Assembly (NCBI GenBank): GCA_000008885.1
Contig: BA000021.3
Coordinates: forward strand, 540,001-572,000
DNA length: 32,000 nucleotides
Direction of reading: 5' to 3'
Origin: Wigglesworthia glossinidia endosymbiont of Glossina brevipalpis
GTDB taxonomy: Bacteria > Pseudomonadota > Gammaproteobacteria > Enterobacterales > Enterobacteriaceae
A program made the translations under genes and the position numbers. Below the pieces are notes generated by a model. The model ran no database searches. It had not been told where the DNA came from and saw only the letters and a list, made by a program, of their open reading frames with translations. Shown piece by piece: positions 28,538-32,000 of the stretch; within the stretch, counting starts at the first letter, position 1, and each line of letters opens with the position of its first letter.

Positions 28538-29482
28538 ATGAAAATTAAATCTAAATTACTAATTTTAGGATCTGGACCAGCAGGTTTTACATCTGCAATA
28601 TATTCTTCTAGAGCTGGAATTAATCCAATTTTAATTACAGGTTCTCAATTAGGAGGTCAGTTAACAACAACTGACAAAATTGAAAATTGGCCTGGAGATT
28701 CAAAATCTTTGACAGGATCTGAATTAATTAAAAGAATGCGTGACCATGCAATAAAATTTGGAACAAAAATTTTTTACGATCATATAAATGAAGTAAATTT
28801 TAACAAAAAACCTTTTATTTGCAAAGGAGAAAAAGAATACATATCGGATGCAATCATTATTGCCACTGGATCTTCAGCTAGATATTTGGGTTTATCTTCT
28901 GAACAATTGTATAAAGGAAAAGGTGTATCAACTTGCGCTGTATGTGACGGTTTTTTTTATAAAAATAAAATTGTTGCTGTAATAGGAGGAGGTAACACAG
29001 CTTTAGAAGAAGCATTATACTTATCTAATATAGCATCTAAGGTGTATTTAATACATCGCAGAGATATTTTTACAGCAGAAAAAATATTAGTAGATAGAAT
29101 TTTTAAAAAAAGAAATAATGGAAATATTTCTATATATAATAATTTTGTAGTAAAAAAAATAATTGGAAATGATAAACAGGTAAGTTCTATTTTATTGGAA
29201 TCAACTACAAGCAAAAAAGAAAAAATTATATCAGTCTCTGGAATATTTATAGCAATAGGTCACATTCCAAATACAAAAATATTTGAAAATCAAATTACGC
29301 TTAAAAATTATTATATATGCATATCTAATAAATATAACAAAAAATATCGTACTTCCACATCAATACCAGGAATATTTTCTGCTGGAGACGTTTCAGATTA
29401 TTTATATCGTCAAGCAATTACAGCTTCTGGATTTGGATGCATGGCTGCTTTAGACGCAGAAAAATATCTTTCTTCATTATAA
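28538..29482 (+). CDS. trxB: Thioredoxin reductase
   Basis: 314 aa. Motifs: FAD GxGxxG LILGSGPAG, redox-active CAVCDG, NADPH site VIGGGNTALEEALYL, HRR, and GIFSAGDV. Confidence 0.96.
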   Translation: MKIKSKLLILGSGPAGFTSAIYSSRAGINPILITGSQLGGQLTTTDKIENWPGDSKSLTGSELIKRMRDHAIKFGTKIFYDHINEVNFNKKPFICKGEKEYISDAIIIATGSSARYLGLSSEQLYKGKGVSTCAVCDGFFYKNKIVAVIGGGNTALEEALYLSNIASKVYLIHRRDIFTAEKILVDRIFKKRNNGNISIYNNFVVKKIIGNDKQVSSILLESTTSKKEKIISVSGIFIAIGHIPNTKIFENQITLKNYYICISNKYNKKYRTSTSIPGIFSAGDVSDYLYRQAITASGFGCMAALDAEKYLSSL

Positions 29483-29559
29483 AATAATTTTAATTTTTAT
29501 AAATTTTAAATAATAAAAATATAGGTCTAAATTTAAATTAAACATATTATGGTGATTAT

Positions 29560-30849
29560 ATGTTTTATAAAAAACATAAAAATATATGTAATATATGTAA
29601 TAATAATTACAAAAAATCAAATTTAATATGGATATTAAGCTTATATGGTACAGCAATAGGGGCTGGAGTTTTGTTTCTTCCAATTAATATTGGAATTAAT
29701 GGCTTATTTTCTTTATTGATTATTATGATAATCGCTTTTCCAATGGCATTTTTTTCTCATAGAGGATTAACAAGGTTTGTATTGTCTAGCAAAAAACCAA
29801 ATAAAAATTTATTTAATGTTATACATGAAAACTTTAATAAACAAACATCTTTTATATTTATTTTATTTTATTTTTTTTCTATTTATCCAATACTATTAAT
29901 TTATAGTACTGCTATAACCAATACAGTAATGTCTTTTATTATTCATCAATTAAATATTGCGGAACAATCACGTGTTTTTGTGTCTTTTATACTTATTTCT
30001 GTTTTAATGGGAATTATTATTTTAGGAGAAAAAGTAATAATTAAGTTCATGAGTTTTTTAGTAATTCCATTTATACTTTCTTTAATTTTTTTTTCTTTTT
30101 ATATAATTCAATTTTGGAATTATTCATTATTTTATGAAATAAAAAATATTTTTAATTTAGATATAAATAGTTTATTAAAAATTATTTGGTATATTATACC
30201 TGTAACTGTATTTTCATTTAATCATTCTCCTATAATATCTTCTTTTGCAGTTTTCAAAAAAAGAGAATGTAGTAATTGTTGCGAAAAAACATGCTCTAAA
30301 ATACTATTTTATAGTAATTTATTAATGATTTTTACAGTAATTTTCTTTGTATTTAGTTGCATACTTAGTGTTCCTAGAGAAGCTATGCAAGAAGCAAAAG
30401 ATAAAAATTTATCTGTATTATCTTATTTTTCAATATATTTTGAAGATAATTTAATGAATTTTTTAGGCCCTATCATAGCTATTATTGCTATAATAAAATC
30501 TTTTTTTGGTCATTATTTAGGAGCTAAAGAAAGCATCAATAAAATATTAATGACGACTTTTCCTAAATTAAAAAATAAAAAAAGAACATATTTAACAAAT
30601 TTTACAACTAACTCTTTAATATTTACTAGTTCTTGGATTATTGCAATATTTAATCCTAGTATTTTAAATATAATAGAAGCAATAATTGGACCTATTATTT
30701 CTATAATTTTATTTTTAATTCCTGCATATTCAATATATAAAGTTCCTAATATGAAACGTTATAAAAAAGAAAAATTTACTAATTTATTTTTATTTGTTAT
30801 TGGAATTTTTTCATTTTTAGCTATGATGCATAAATTGATTATATTTTAA
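29560..30849 (+). CDS. sdaC: Serine transporter of the HAAAP family (SdaC-like)
   Basis: 429 aa, the same length as E. coli SdaC. It is strongly collinear: LSLYGTAIGAGVLFLPIN, FSHRGLTRFVLS, YFFSIYPILLIYSTAITNTV, VFSFNHSPIISSFAV, CSKIL, SILSY-type block, IIAIIAIIKSFFGHYLGAKE and NPSILNIIEAIIGPII. Confidence 0.9.
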   Translation: MFYKKHKNICNICNNNYKKSNLIWILSLYGTAIGAGVLFLPINIGINGLFSLLIIMIIAFPMAFFSHRGLTRFVLSSKKPNKNLFNVIHENFNKQTSFIFILFYFFSIYPILLIYSTAITNTVMSFIIHQLNIAEQSRVFVSFILISVLMGIIILGEKVIIKFMSFLVIPFILSLIFFSFYIIQFWNYSLFYEIKNIFNLDINSLLKIIWYIIPVTVFSFNHSPIISSFAVFKKRECSNCCEKTCSKILFYSNLLMIFTVIFFVFSCILSVPREAMQEAKDKNLSVLSYFSIYFEDNLMNFLGPIIAIIAIIKSFFGHYLGAKESINKILMTTFPKLKNKKRTYLTNFTTNSLIFTSSWIIAIFNPSILNIIEAIIGPIISIILFLIPAYSIYKVPNMKRYKKEKFTNLFLFVIGIFSFLAMMHKLIIF

Positions 30850-30865
30850 TAAATTTAATAAAAAA

Positions 30866-32000
30866 TTATAAAAAAAAAGGATTAGGTTCAAATAAAAGTT
30901 CTATGTCTTTTATAAATTTTTTATCAGTTAAAAAAATAATAAAATGATCGTTTTGTTGAACTGGGTTATAATTTTTTTCAGAAATAATTTCTGAATTTCT
31001 AATAATTGCGCCTATAATTGTTCCAGGAGGGAATTTAATTTCATATAGTGATTTTCCAATAACTTGAGAAGTACTTTCGTCACCTCTTGTTACAGCTTCT
31101 ACTACTTCTGCTAAACCATGTCTAATAGAAAAAATATTTACTATACTTTTATTTTTTAAGTATTTAAAAAAATCAGAAATTGTTGACTCCTGAGGGGATA
31201 TTGAAATATCAATGATACTTTTTTGCATCAAATCAGCATAAGCTCTTCTTTGTATCAAAACTAATACTTTTTTAGCTCCCATTTTTTTAGCTAACATTGC
31301 AGACATGATGTTAACTTCATCATCATTAGTAATAGAAATAAAAACTTCTACTTGTTCTATATTTTCTTGCATTAAAAGTTCTTCGTTGGAAGCATCTCCA
31401 TAAAATACCGTAGTATTTTTTAATTTTTTTGCTAGTTCTGATGCACGTTTTTGATCTATTTCTATTAACTTAACTTGATAATTTTTATCAAGTTTATCAG
31501 CTAACATAGCCCCTATATTTCCACCTCCAACTATCATAATTCTTTTGTATGGTTTTTCATATTTTTGTAATTCATTGACTATTAATTTTATATTTTGAGA
31601 TATAGTTATGAAAAATATTTCATCTCCTGTTTGCAGCTCTGTGGAAAGCTCTGGGAGAATAAATTTTTTATTTCTATAAACTGCTGCTATTTTCATTCCA
31701 GATTCTATTACTGAATCCGGAAACATAGAAATTATATTTTCTATTAATTTTATTTCTGGATCATCTAATTTAATAGCTAATAAATTAATATTTTTATTAG
31801 AAAAAATAGTAATTTGTAAAGCTCCTGGATATTCAATTAAATTACAAATATTATTTGCTATTGTCATTTCTGGAGAAATTACATGATCAATTGGTATTGA
31901 AGCTGGGCTGAATAACTTGCAAGATTCTTGTATATAATCAGAAGATCTAATTCTAGCAATACGATTTGGAGTTTTGAATAATGTATAAGCAATATGACAT
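30866..32000 (-). CDS. trkA: Trk potassium-uptake system NAD-binding protein TrkA (5' end lies beyond the window)
   Basis: The frame stays open upstream of the track's Met (31867) to nt 32000: CHIAYTLFKTPNRIARIRSSDYIQESCKLFSPASIPIDHVISPEMTIANNICNLIEYPGALQ. This matches E. coli TrkA residues of about 93-150. The C-terminus LFEPNPFFL matches LFQPSPFFL. The second Rossmann motif is MIVGGGNIGAML. Confidence 0.95.
   Translation of the reverse strand, partial: CHIAYTLFKTPNRIARIRSSDYIQESCKLFSPASIPIDHVISPEMTIANNICNLIEYPGALQITIFSNKNINLLAIKLDDPEIKLIENIISMFPDSVIESGMKIAAVYRNKKFILPELSTELQTGDEIFFITISQNIKLIVNELQKYEKPYKRIMIVGGGNIGAMLADKLDKNYQVKLIEIDQKRASELAKKLKNTTVFYGDASNEELLMQENIEQVEVFISITNDDEVNIMSAMLAKKMGAKKVLVLIQRRAYADLMQKSIIDISISPQESTISDFFKYLKNKSIVNIFSIRHGLAEVVEAVTRGDESTSQVIGKSLYEIKFPPGTIIGAIIRNSEIISEKNYNPVQQNDHFIIFLTDKKFIKDIELLFEPNPFFL

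Noticed and set aside
29477-29683. A 68-aa minus-strand ORF spanning the trxB-sdaC intergenic region and the sdaC 5' end.
   Set aside because: It has Tyr/Ile/Phe low-complexity sequence with no homology I can recognise. It overlaps the strongly supported sdaC N-terminus on the opposite strand.

Overview
This window looks like core chromosome from an extremely A+T-rich (by eye about 20-25% G+C), genome-reduced gammaproteobacterial (Enterobacterales-derived) insect endosymbiont. The vitamin and cofactor gene content (thiL, folB, ubiF, ispB, serC) suggests a Wigglesworthia-like organism, but that is inference only.

I recognise 29 protein-coding loci plus one tRNA, almost all housekeeping, arranged in E. 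coli-like synteny blocks:
- thiL-pgpA
- ileX-rpoD-dnaG-rpsU, divergent from tsaD
- folB-uppP
- obgE-rpmA-rplU, divergent from ispB
- fbp and ppa
- tamB-tamA
- rpsA-cmk-(aroA lost)-serC
- ahpC and brnQ
- serS-(rarA lost)-lolA-ftsK'-(lrp lost), divergent from trxB
- sdaC and trkA

I see no CRISPR array, transposase, integrase, phage gene, toxin-antitoxin pair or recognisable defence island, and I do not claim a novel multi-gene system.

The observations worth a second look are:
1. Two genes (tamB, cmk) have reading frames that break exactly at 11-nt sense-strand poly(A) tracts. Both would be repaired by the same -1 shift (one extra A).
2. These two belong to a set of eight A11 tracts, all sense-strand and all exactly 11 nt.
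3. ftsK is reduced to its N-terminal membrane domain only.
4. There is a ToxR/CadC-like membrane-anchored winged-helix regulator.
5. That regulator is preceded by a perfect 44-nt palindrome.
6. The Obg GTPase has substitutions in its G1, G3 and G5 motifs.
7. tRNA-Ile2 has no encoded CCA end.
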